Assembly (NCBI GenBank): GCA_016618085.1
Contig: JABLTG010000116.1
Span: 44,902-64,901, forward strand
Direction: 5' to 3'
DNA length: 20,000 bases
DNA from: Neovahlkampfia damariscottae
Taxonomy: Eukaryota
In this document: piece by piece, positions 1 through 10,482 of the stretch
Position numbering within the stretch: the first letter of the stretch is position 1
Layout of the letters: each line of letters opens with the position of its first letter
Position numbers and translations under genes: made by a program
The notes under the pieces: model-generated
Seen by the model: the letters and a program-made list of their open reading frames with translations, nothing else
What the model was told of the DNA's origin: nothing
The model's database searches: none

Positions 1-704
1 TTTTATTTGGATCTGTAAACTTTGTAAAATTATGATAATTTTTTGTTCCTTCAAAATGTTTTAAATATTTTTCAATTTTTTCTTCTTTTTCTTTTGATAA
101 TTTAAAATTATTAAATTTGAATTCATCATTAAAACAAAATGATGGTATTACATATTCATATTTTCTACCTTCACACATATTTTTTGGATTAAAAAATTTA
201 GTAACTCTTTGTATTTTATAAACTCTATAAATAATTAAAATTTTGAACATTTTACCTAATATCATTTGGTAACTCTTTATTTAATCTTTCTAAACCATCT
301 TTTTGTATTAACATTTTTAATGAAATTAAATTAATTAATGCATGTACTCCTTTATCTGTTCTTGATGATCTAGCCCATTTAACTTTATGATAATCATTGG
401 AATTATCTTCTGAAATAGCACCTATTTTTATACCTTTTTTTTTTTTTTTAAATTTATATATTTTATTACATGCTTCTAATACAGATTTTTCAATAGTTTC
501 TTGACCAGGATTTATTTGAATACCTTTATAATTAGATCCATTATATCCAATAACAAGTACTACTTTCTTTTTTGGTAATTTTTGTTTTTTTGTTTCTGAT
601 TCTTCTTCATCATTTTTATCATCACTCTTTCTTTTTAAATCTTTCTTAACTTGTTCTTGTTTTATTTCTTCTTTTTGTTCTTCAACGTTTATTTCTTTTT
701 GCAT
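1..704 (-). CDS. PUS1: tRNA pseudouridine synthase 1 (TruA family), 5' part; continues past the left edge of the window
   Basis: ATG at 704. Motifs GYNGSNYKGIQ and the catalytic RTDKGVHA, then RKYEY and NYHNFT. Introns 469-434 (36 nt) and 255-225 (31 nt); the second is needed to keep the frame open. Confidence 0.9.
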
Positions 705-721
705 AATTTTTTTTGAATTGA

Positions 722-728
722 CCAATCA
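722..728. promoter_or_regulatory. CCAAT box in the 34-bp divergent PUS1/microprotein spacer
   Basis: CCAATCA between ATG 704(-) and ATG 739(+). The same motif recurs just upstream of most genes in the window. Confidence 0.55.
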
Positions 729-738
729 AAATTTGATA

Positions 739-967
739 ATGTTTTTAAGAGCAGCAAGAACAATAAAAAAAGTGAACCAAAGATTCCACTCCAAAGCATC
801 AGAGGTAATTGAAAAAGTATATTGAATTGATTAAATAGCATTCATTGAACAAAGGAATACCACCAAAGTCAATGTATTTTCAACAAAAAAAATATTCACT
901 TTTATTTGATATGTTCGTAATCTTTGGTATTGCAGCAGTATACAAAGATTTATTTTCAGAAGAATAA
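739..967 (+). CDS. Small (64 aa) putative mitochondrial single-pass membrane protein, two exons
   Basis: Exon 739-804, GT-AG intron 805-838 (34 nt, gtaatt...aaatag), exon 839-967. Product: MFLRAARTIKKVNQRFHSKASEHSLNKGIPPKSMYFQQKKYSLLFDMFVIFGIAAVYKDLFSEE*. Basic, acid-free N-terminus and one hydrophobic segment. CCAATCA at 722-728. Confidence 0.75.
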
Positions 968-1043
968 AATTCTTTTTATTTTTTTTTTTTGTTTTAAACC
1001 AATCGTTTTATTTTTTCTTTCAACAAAACCAAAAAATAAAAGA

Positions 1044-1724
1044 ATGGACTCAAGAAATGGAACAGCATTTAGAGGTGTATCAATAGGTCAAGATTCTAGA
1101 TTTTCAGATAAAATGAAAAAAACAATGAAAAATACAAAATTTCCAGATGAATTTAATATCAAACTTGATTTCAAAAAGATTCAAATGGGTCCAATTAAAA
1201 GTTGGATATCAAAAACAATTGAAGATATACTAGGTATTGAAGATGAAATTTTAATACAATATATTTTTGAATTACTTCAAGTAGAAAAAGTTGATCCAAG
1301 AGAAATTCAAATAAATTTGAATGGATTTTTGGATGAAAATGCTCCACTATTTGTTGAAGAATTATGGAAATTATTGGTAAGTGCAAATTCAAATTCTTTT
1401 GGTATTCCTCAACAATTTTTGGATAAAGAAAGAGATGCTCTTGAAAAAGAACAAAAAGATCATGAAAAGATTGAAGAAGAGATTAGAAAAAAATCAAATT
1501 ATGATGATGATAGAAATTATAGAAGATATTCACCTGAAAGAAGGAGAAGAAGTAGATCAAGAGAAAGACGACAATATTCACCTGATCGAAGAAGAAGAAG
1601 AAGATCATATAGTAGAAGTCCTGAAAGAAGTAGAAGAAGAAGAAGAATAAGAAGTGATTCATATTCACCAAGAAATGAAAGATCCACTTCTCCAAGAAAA
1701 AGAAGGTATTCACCAAAAAAATAA
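1044..1724 (+). CDS. SRRM1: PWI-domain serine/arginine-rich splicing factor (SRm160/SRRM1-like)
   Basis: ATG at 1044. FRGVSIGQDSRFSDK and IKSWISKTIEDILGIEDEILIQY...QINLNGFL...FVEELWKLL are typical of the SRRM1 N-terminus and PWI domain. C-terminal RS/RSP repeats. No introns. Confidence 0.9.
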   Translation: MDSRNGTAFRGVSIGQDSRFSDKMKKTMKNTKFPDEFNIKLDFKKIQMGPIKSWISKTIEDILGIEDEILIQYIFELLQVEKVDPREIQINLNGFLDENAPLFVEELWKLLVSANSNSFGIPQQFLDKERDALEKEQKDHEKIEEEIRKKSNYDDDRNYRRYSPERRRRSRSRERRQYSPDRRRRRRSYSRSPERSRRRRRIRSDSYSPRNERSTSPRKRRYSPKK

Positions 1725-1760
1725 AAAATACTGTAAAAGTGATTTGAAAAAAAATAAATA

Positions 1761-2125
1761 TTAAAAATCTTTGTTGAATTTACATCCTGAAAATTCTGAA
1801 TCCCAACTATCTGTTACAATTAAAATCCAATCAATCAACCACCTTTGAAAAATTAAAAAAAAAAGAAGTGTGAAAACCATATCCATCCACAAAGACCACA
1901 ACTGAAAATTGATATGAGTAATTTACCAATACCTAAACCAATATATCCAGTATAAAATCTATCAATTCCTAAAGATCCAACAAGTATGGAAATTATAAAA
2001 ACTGCTAATTTTGATTTTGGTTTTGTACAGTCAGGTGGATTTTGTTTGTTTTGTTTTGTCTCTGCATAACAAAAAGACAATAATGTAAGTGTGACAATTA
2101 AAATGAAAAGTATGTTGGTTTTCAT
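1761..2125 (-). CDS. TM2-domain membrane protein with signal peptide
   Basis: ATG at 2125 with a hydrophobic leader. TM2 signature KSKLAVFIISILVGSLGIDRFYTGYIGLGIGKL. Intron 1877-1843 (35 nt) joins WIW to WLIDWILI. TAA at 1763-1761. Confidence 0.88.
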
Positions 2126-2204
2126 CTCAACAGTTACCAAAAATGAATTGTCCAATTATAAAATACTTTAAAAAAAAAAAGGAGAATAAAAAAAAAAATA
2201 AAAT

Positions 2205-2986
2205 TTATTTTAATTTTTCATCGCACATTTCAGCAATTCTTTTGCTTCCAAGTAATTCAGCAACTTTCTTAATATCTGCTGCAGTATCTTTGTTAAGGTT
2301 TTTCATGATTAAACTTTCACATTCAACTTGTAAGTCATCAAGAACAAATTTATTTGATAAAATCCAAACACCAACAACATCATTTACATCAACATCAAAT
2401 TCTTTTGAATAAATGTATTTTAAGATTGCAAGGATTTGTGATTCAGTTGCGTCATCAAGTGTAACTTTTTTTGTTTTTGCTTCTTCAGTAGGAACTTCAC
2501 CGAGAAGAAGAGTGTAGAAATATTTACTTGCAGCACAAACAATACAAGCGTGACAAGTGACATCAACAGGTTTGTCACCACCAGCACAAACAAGAGTTAA
2601 ATCAGATAAACTGTTATCTCCTGTACGAAGATTTTCATATGCCCATTTCATATTTTTCCACCAAGTTGATTCAGGGATTGTCACATTTTTTGATTTATCT
2701 AAATGGGAATCACAGATAGCAACAAGTCTGTCCATTTGGAAGTATTCAGCAGCTGCTTTAGTTTCTGTAATCACTGATTGATCTGTGTCTTTGTTCCATC
2801 TTTAAAAAAAAAGTTTTTAACAAAATATTATGATTACCCCACTCTATCAGTATAAATGTACTCCATTACTTCTTTGAAAGCTCTTTCTGTAACTTTTTTT
2901 TTATCAAAAGTTACATCATAAGTGCCATCTTCATTTGTAGCAATTTTAGTTCCTGAAGTATCAATTTTGGAATAATCTTGGGACAT
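2205..2986 (-). CDS. BTB/POZ-domain protein (C-terminal half of one BTB plus one full BTB)
   Basis: ATG at 2986; intron 2837-2800 (38 nt). First half-domain AFKEVMEYIYTD...AEYFQMDRLVAIC. Full BTB SDLTLVC...HACIVCAASKYF...ILKYIYS...NKFVLDDLQVECE. Confidence 0.85.
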
Positions 2987-3027
2987 CTATAAACAAACCT
3001 TTAATTACTTCAATTCAAACTGGTTAC
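2987..3027 (-). other. Probable 5'-UTR intron ending immediately before the BTB gene ATG
   Basis: Minus strand reads gag|gtaacc...gtttatag|ATG (41 nt). An in-frame TAA lies just upstream of the donor, so the upstream exon would be non-coding. Confidence 0.55.
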
Positions 3028-3052
3028 CTCTTATTTGCAGTTTATCAATTGC

Positions 3053-3205
3053 TGATTGGATAAAATTACGCCAATTAAAATGTGTTCGAATTGATTTTTT
3101 CTAGAGCCAATCAAAAGATCAGAAAAACAGAAGGATTTTCAATTTTTTGGTTTATTTTCATTTTTCATCGAACAATTTCTAAATTTATCATTTTTCCTCC
3201 AATCA
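3053..3205. promoter_or_regulatory. Bidirectional promoter region with four CCAAT boxes
   Basis: TGATTGG at 3053, CCAATT at 3071, CCAATCA at 3107 and 3199, between the divergent BTB and hypothetical genes. Confidence 0.55.
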
Positions 3206-3221
3206 GTCACAATCATTTGTC

Positions 3222-4249
3222 ATGAATCGTTTTGTTTCAAAATTGAACAAGAAAAAAATTTTTTTTGGTAGTTTTATTTCTCTGACGTGTACGTCTGTTT
3301 ATTTGGAAAATTATTATTTTGAACGTAATTTGAAATGTTTTTATTAAATACTTTTCTAAAATAGATGGGTAAAAATTAATTTGTTTAATCAAAAAAAAAA
3401 AAAGAATCATAGACTCAATTAAAAAAATATCAAATGGAAATCCTTATAAGAATTATATCAATTTGAATAGAGGAACATATTTAGATTTTGATGATAAAAG
3501 TTCTTGGATTTTAAAAATTCATTTAACTTTTTAAAAATAGGAATATTCATACCTGGAGAAAAACAAGTTTATAAAAATATATTCTAAAGTATTAGTTTTC
3601 ATTAAATGTACCAAATAATATGATTACACCTGGATTAGAAATTGAAGAAGGAGATGATAATTCATTGAGATATGAAGGAATGATACATTTTAAAGATATT
3701 TTGAATCAAAACTTAATTTGTAATTGGGAAAGAATAAATTTAGCATTAGAATTAAATAATCAATCAACTTATACACCTCTAAATGAAGTATTAAAAGGAA
3801 CAGTTTTTAGACATATTGAAAATTTAAAAAATAGAGTAGATGAAATACATATTCAAAGATTAGAATATATTTCAAAAGAATATAAATTATTAGATTCAAT
3901 TAAAAATAATGATGAAAAAGAAATTGAAAATTTAATTTGTTGTGTTACTAAAATACCTTCAACAGTAAGTACCAGTGATATCATCAATTTTTAAACCAAT
4001 TAGAAAAATTTATGGAGAGGTGATTTATTCTTTTTTAAATATCCTTATGTTATTCATTTAATGATAGATTATCCATTTTCAAAATTAAATGAAAATGAAA
4101 AAGAAAAAATAATTTCAAAATTTTCAAATGAAAAAGTAAAAATTAAAATTAAAGATATTTTAAAAAATGATAATTTAATGAATGATTCAAAAGATATAAG
4201 TTTAAAATTAAGAAATGATTTAATTGAAATTTATAAAAAGAGTTTTTAA
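3222..4249 (+). CDS. Hypothetical protein, possibly mitochondrial (basic N-terminus plus short hydrophobic segment), multi-exon with a 4-nt microexon
   Basis: Exons 3222-3324, 3365-3368, 3405-3499, 3541-3566, 3596-3964, 4004-4019 and 4068-4249 join into one open frame through GT-AG introns of 40, 36, 41, 29, 39 and 48 nt. The last intron is in frame and stop-free, so uncertain. No recognisable domain. Confidence 0.65.
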
Positions 4250-4257
4250 AAAAAATA

Positions 4258-4827
4258 TTATTTTTTAGTTGCATGTTTTTTTGTCCAATCTTTAGCATTT
4301 TTTGTGAATTGAGTTTTATTATTTTTATATACTTCTGCAATCTCTTCACTTAAAGGATGATCTGAATTTTGATCTTTGAATAATTGAGTAAGTGCAATAA
4401 GAACTATAAACTATTGTTAGTTTCTTTTTTTTGTCGTTACTTTCTCTAACTCCACTCATTGGTGACCATTCATCTTTTCTTAAAATATCTATACAGATTG
4501 ATCCTTCACCATCATAACTTGGATGATATACAGGTTGAAGTGATTTTACTTTTGGTGGATGAAACTTTGATAAAAATTATTTATATTTTTATATTACTGG
4601 ATATTCTTCAGGAAAATCAAAATTATATAAGAAATATCCTCCTTCATAAGGTGTTTTCTATTAAAAATAATTATTTTCTTTTTTTTTTTTATTACTTTTG
4701 GACCTATAATAGATACTTCCCATTTAAAAATGTTATCATTCAGAATAGTAATAGTTGTATCTGCTTCAGGACTTTTTTGAAGTTTCATCAATTCTTTTTG
4801 AAGTCTCTTTTGACCTTGACCTGACAT
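4258..4827 (-). CDS. Ubiquitin-conjugating enzyme E2
   Basis: KRLQKEL, WEVSIIGP-KKTPYEGG, FPEEYP-FHPPKV, YHPSY, GSICIDIL (catalytic Cys at 4495-4493), WSP. Introns 4695-4658, 4597-4565 and 4440-4404. Confidence 0.92.
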
Positions 4828-4896
4828 TTGTTTGTTTTTGTTTTGTTTTTGTTTTGTTTGTTGTTGATTGGTTGAACTCAAAATTAAAAATAAATT

Positions 4897-5939
4897 TTAT
4901 TTTTTTTTCCAATTTTTCAAAATATTAAATATTTCATTATAACTCTTTCCATTTGTATCAATTAATAAAGAACCTTGTATTTTTTCATTTATTAAAATGG
5001 ATTGTATTTGTTGTAAAAATAATTTATCTTTTGAAATTACAATGATATTCATTTTCTATAAAATAAGATGATATATAATTTACTTTTTTAAATATTTTAA
5101 ATATTTTCACCATTGCTTCGTCTGCTGCTTGAGATGACCATCCACATGGACTATCAAAAAAGGTATTTAATATCTTTAAAGAGTTTGAATTACCTTAATC
5201 TAAGACTATCATTTTTTAAAAAATGATTAAATATTGAATTCTTTGATAAACTCATATTTTTTTGATTATATTTATTTGATTGTAAATAATCAAATATATC
5301 TTTTTCATTTTCATTTGATTTTGATCTATCTCTTAAACCACTACCTTATATAATTTGTTAATACATTTTGAGGTACCATGAAATAACCATAAAAAAGATG
5401 ATTTAAAATAATTCTTTCCTTCTATTGAAAATGTAAATTCTTTCAATCCAAAATTATCTAAATCTATTAAATATAAGTTTTGGCATTCTTTTAATTTTGG
5501 TATAACTAATCTTAATTCTAAAAATAGATTTAATTTTTTTTTTTGTTTTATCAAGATTACCACAATTCATACATCTACATTGAATTGGTAATGATGAATA
5601 CCCTTCACTTCCCTTTTAATATTATTTAATATTTTCATTATTTACAAATCCATATAATTCAAATCCACCTCCTTCTTGATTCAATTTTATCTTATTTTCT
5701 CTAACACAAGACTGATTAAAATATATTCCTGATTCTTCTTTTTTTCTAAACATATCTTTGTTTTCTTTAATTTTCTCAACTTTTTCATCTTTCTTTTTCA
5801 TTCCTTTTATTGTTTTTTTGATATCAATATCCTTTTTTTTTGGTTTTAATTTTAATTCAAATTTATGATCACCATCAATCTCATTCAATAAGTTCACATC
5901 TATTTTGTATTTTTTTTCACTTTTATTTTGTTTTTTCAT
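4897..5939 (-). CDS. PIN/NYN-like nuclease-fold protein with Lys-rich N-terminus and CxCxxC motif (alternative start at 6002)
   Basis: Introns 5645-5613, 5560-5518, 5376-5345, 5193-5151 and 5083-5056 give one frame. Motifs LYLIDLDN, WLFHG, PCGWSSQAADEAM and IIVISKDKLF match the PIN/NYN/LabA pattern (hhhDxxN...AD...hhSxDxxF). Confidence 0.65.
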
Positions 5940-6000
5940 TCCCTTCAAAAATTTATGTAAACAACTAGGTTGACCAATTAAATTCACTTCTTTTTCAAAC

Positions 6001-7287
6001 ATGTCCAAACTCTTATTTGATAAACGTTCGTCAATTTTTAATCAACTAACAACATATTTTTAGAAGGAATTGAAACTAGTAAAAAAGTAAAGGTTGTAAA
6101 ATCATTTGATGAACTTGGTTTACAAGAGAATTTATTACGTGGTATTTACGCATATGGTTTTGAAAAACCAAGTGCAATTCAATCAAGAGCTATATTACCA
6201 ATAACAAAAGGAAGAGATGTAATTGCTCAAAGTCAATCTGGTACTGGAAAAACTGCTACCTTTTGTATTTCCGCTCTTCAATCTTGTGATACAAAATTGA
6301 GAGAACCACAAGTTTTAATTCTTTCACCAACAAGAGAATTAGCACAACAAACTGAAAAAGTTGTTTTAAAATTAGGAGATTATATGGCTATTCAGAGTCA
6401 TTGTTGTATTGGAGGTAAAAGTATTGGTGAAGATATTAGAGTTTTAGAAAAAGGAGTACATATAGTTGCTGGTACACCTGGTAGAGTATTTGATATGATA
6501 AAAAGGGGTAATTTGAAAACAAAACAAATGAAAATGTATTTTAAAAATTAAATTTTAATTTAAAAGGTTAATCATGGATGAAGCTGATGAACTTTTAATT
6601 AAAGGATTTAAAGATCAAATATATGAAGTATATAGATATCTTCCACCTGGTACTCAAATTGTTGTAATTTCTGCTACCTTACCAAATGAAGTATTGGAAG
6701 TTGCAACACAATTAATGACTGATCCAATAAAGATACTTGTAAAAAGAGATGAAATTACATTAGAAGGAATTAAACAATTTTTCATTGCTGTTGAAAAAGA
6801 AGATTATAAATTTGAAACTTTATGTGATTTATATGATACATTAACAATCACTCAAGCTGTAATATTTTGTAATACAAAAAAGAAAGTTGATTGGTTAACA
6901 AAATCAATGAGAGAATCAAATTTTACAGTTTCTTGTATGCATGGTGAAATGCCACAACAAGAACGTGAAGAAGTAATTTATTTAATTCTTTAAATTTAAT
7001 TCTAGATTATGAAAGAATTTAGATCAGGTGAAACAAGAGTTTTGATTACAACAGATGTAATGGCTCGTGGTATTGATGTACAACAAGTTTCATTGGTTAT
7101 TAATTATGATTTACCAAATAATAGAGAAAATTATATTCATAGAATTGGTAGATCAGGTAGATATGGTAGAAAAGGAGTTGCAATTAATTTTGTAACTGAA
7201 ACAGATGTTGGTATTTTAAGAGATATTGAACAATATTATTCAACACAAATTGATGAAATGCCAATGAATGTATCAGAATTAGTTTAA
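6001..7287 (+). CDS. EIF4A3: DEAD-box helicase eIF4A-III (exon junction complex core; yeast Fal1)
   Basis: Exons 6001-6025, 6064-6535, 6567-6972 and 7006-7287. Q-motif [50 protein letters not shown]...NFTV and [19 protein letters not shown] favour eIF4A-III over eIF4A-I. Confidence 0.93.
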
Positions 7288-7296
7288 ATAGTATTT

Positions 7297-10200
7297 TTAT
7301 TTTGAATTTAATTCTTCTTTCAAAATCCAAATTTTTTCTTTTTTATTAAAATTTGCAATTTCTTTTAACATTGATTTGAATAGAATTGCTTTTTCACCTT
7401 TCGTTTGATTTTTAAAATCCCTAACAATTTCTGTTGTTGATACACCATTTCTTTTTAATTTTAAGTAATTAAATATTTCATTCATTAAATTATCTTTTTC
7501 TTCATTTAACTCTTTTCCTTTCATTTTATTTAAAATATTCTTTGAATTAATTTCAATTCTTTGATTTTCTTTAAGATCAAATGATTTATTTGAAGTATAA
7601 AATGGTTGATTTAAAATGATTGAACTTTTTTGTTTTCCAAATTTATTTGATGATTTTATTATTTCATCTTCTTCATTTAATGGTTGATTAAATGATTTCT
7701 TTAAAATTTGTTTTGCATTTTTTGCAACATTCTCAGCTTGAATTTGTGCAATTGATTTTTCACAAGAAGATGACATAATTACATCATGATTAAAAGCAGA
7801 TTGAATTTCTTTGCCATCTAATAAACATTTTAAAATGAAAGTTTCATCTCCTTGATCTTGTTCATTTTTATCATTATTTAATTCTTCATTCATATTTTCA
7901 ATTCTATATTCTTCATTATTATCAATTATATTTTCATCTTCATTTTTATCAATCATAGATACTATTTCACCTTTACCAAAAATATTACCAGTTTCAGTAC
8001 CAATTTGATTTTTATTTTCTAAATATTCTGATCCTAATTGAAATAAATCATTCAAATCATTTTCTTTAAAAAATCTACGTTGTCTTGGATCTTTTAAAAC
8101 TTTGTTTGTTAAAAATTGTTTAAATATTTGTCGATGATACATTTTCTCTTCAATAGTTCCAGATGTCATTAATCTATAAACAGTAACTTCTTTTTTTTGA
8201 CCAATTCTCCATGATCTTTCTAATGCTTGTAAATCTGTACTTGGATTCCAATCTGGATCATAAATAATAATTCTATTTGCACCTGTTAAATTTATACCAA
8301 TTCCACCAACTATTATTCATTCATTTATTAATTCATATGATCAAATTGTTACATACCTTTTGTGATTAATAATATTGTATCAAATGTACTACATACCTTT
8401 AGTGGTTAATAAAAATATGAAATATGATTCATCTTTATTAAATTTATCAATCATATTTTGTCTTGATGAAATATCAGTTTTACCATCCATTCGAAGATAT
8501 TTAAATTTTTTTAATTTCATTAAATCTTCAAATAAATCTAACATCTTTACACTTTGTGAATAAAGTAATACTCTATGATCTTTTTCTTTCCATAAAGGTA
8601 ATAATTTTGAAACTAATGATAATTTACCACAATCTTCAATTGAAGATAATTTTAATTTCATTTCTTCTTCTGAATTATTTCTAAATAAATTTGGATGATT
8701 ACATATTTTTCTTAAATTAGAAATTACTTTAAATGTAATATCTTTTCCTTGAAATTCATCATTATTTCCATTATTTTCTAAACAATATTTAATTTCTTTA
8801 CTTTTTAAATATTCTTTATAAATGGATACTTGTAATTTTGATAATTTACAAAATAAAACTATTTTAAGTCATTCAATATGTAAATTACTTTGTTCTGTTT
8901 TTTTTGGTAAATTATGATTTACATCTTTTTTTATTCTTCTAAGTAAATAAGGTGATATTAAATCTCTTAAAGTAACAGAACATTTATATGCAGTTTGAAC
9001 ATGAAATGTTGTTGCATTTACATATCCACCTTGACTAATAGGTATACCAAATACACATTGAAATGTTTTTAATCTATTAATAGTTTTTAGAGATTATCCA
9101 ATAAAAACTTACGTTCCTAATCTAAAATATATTAATAAAGGATAATAAATATTACTTTCCAGGAAATATAAAATCAAATAAACACCATAATTCTTTTAAA
9201 TTATTTGATATTGGTGTTCCTGTTAAGATTAATCTTTAAAATATTCAAATAAGATAATTTCAGTTACCTGTGAGGTGTTGGAAATCTTTTACATGCAATT
9301 GTAATTTCAGCATCAGGATTTCTTATTTTATGACCTTCATCTAAAATAACATAATAAAAATCTCTTTGAATTAATTTTTCTTGATGAATTCGAATTGAAT
9401 CATATGTTGTAATCATGATACCATTTTTTAAATTAAATACATAATCTAATAATTCATCTATTGTACCATTAAATTGATCAGATGAAGAAGAATGAAATAT
9501 GATTGGTTGTAATTTTGGACACCATTCTTCAATTTCTTCTTTCCATTGATTTAAAACAGTTGCAGGACAAACTATTATTGATATTTCATAATTATTTGAT
9601 TCAATTAAACCAGATAAAAATGAAATAATTTGAACCTACATATTAGAAAATGATTATTGATGATATTACTGTTTTTCCAAGACCCATTTCATCACCAATA
9701 ATACCACCTTTATGATTTAAATATCATTTTTATTCTTACCAATAGATTGTGAATGTAATTCAAACAACCATCGAACTCCAGTTTTTTGATAATCAAATAA
9801 TTTGTCATATATTTTTGATGGTATTGAAAAATCATCATTAAATGAAACTAATTCATCATCATCATCTTTTTGTTGTTGTTTTTTCTTTTTTTTTGAAATG
9901 GTCTCTTTTCTTTTTCGTTTTTTATTGGTGTTTTCAAATGGTGTAATCATTCCTGTTCGAATTAACCTTTCTTCTTCTGTTTCTTCTGTTTGAAGTGATT
10001 TTTCAAAATTTAAATAATTTTGAACAATTTTCTTTTTTTCCAGTTCCAACTCTCCTAATTTTTCTTCTTTTTTTCTGATTATTGAAGGTGTTATTTTATT
10101 ATTTTCATGATTTCCTAAATACTATCAATTTAAATAGTTAGAAAATATTGGTCGTCTTACATCATGAATTTCTTGTATTTTTTTATCAATTTTTGAAATT

Positions 10201-10349
10201 TCTCTTTTTATAATTTCATCTTTTTCTTCCATTTCTTTGGTCACCTTTTCCATAACCTCAACTTCAAGTGTTTCCGCATCATAGGCTTCTATACCAGACA
10301 AATCTTGTAGGTCGGAGATTGTGGTGTTTTGTTCCAACAGTGGATTCAT
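7297..10349 (-). CDS. ERCC6: SNF2-family ATPase CSB/ERCC6 (Rad26), transcription-coupled repair
   Basis: ATG at 10349; 8 introns (10160-10122, 9739-9708, 9669-9636, 9267-9234, 9155-9122, 9112-9074, 8888-8859, 8396-8310). Motifs [57 protein letters not shown] and [31 protein letters not shown]. Confidence 0.93.
8340..8412 (-). repeat. ~40-nt-period tandem duplication of an exon end plus 5' splice site inside the last CSB intron
   Basis: Minus strand TTATTAACCACTAAAG|gtatgtagtacatttgat is repeated 40 nt later as ttattaatcacaaaag|gtatgtaacaatttgat (acataccttt at 8351-8360 and 8391-8400 on +). Confidence 0.85.
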
Positions 10350-10358
10350 CAAAAATGA

Positions 10359-10470
10359 TGATTGGTCAATGGTTGCTATTAATAAATGAATCTTCAAAAT
10401 TATTCATTTCATTTTATTTTTTATTCTGGAATAATAAAAACTACATTTCTGTTGAAAAATTATCCAATCA
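10359..10470. promoter_or_regulatory. Bidirectional promoter region with two CCAAT boxes
   Basis: TGATTGG at 10359-10365 and CCAATCA at 10464-10470, each about 10-13 nt from the divergent ATGs at 10349 and 10483. Confidence 0.55.
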
Positions 10471-10482
10471 AAATTATAGAAA

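Noticed and set aside
924..1043. N-terminal extension of the SRRM1 ORF from a TTG start
   Set aside because: Prokaryote-style start call. The region overlaps the microprotein 3' end and a T-rich spacer, and the SRRM1-like sequence begins at ATG 1044.
1195..2781. Shadow ORFs 1195-1392, 1381-1650, 1483-1716, 2143-2412 and 2557-2781 (likewise 4149-4349, 4459-4824, 8375-8563, 9802-9993, 10268-10591)
   Set aside because: Antisense or alternate frames of well-supported genes, with low complexity and no motifs.
4828..4866. (TTTTG)n-like tract read as a Q/K/N-rich N-terminal extension of the E2
   Set aside because: Simple-sequence 5' UTR with no ATG. The E2 starts normally at 4827.
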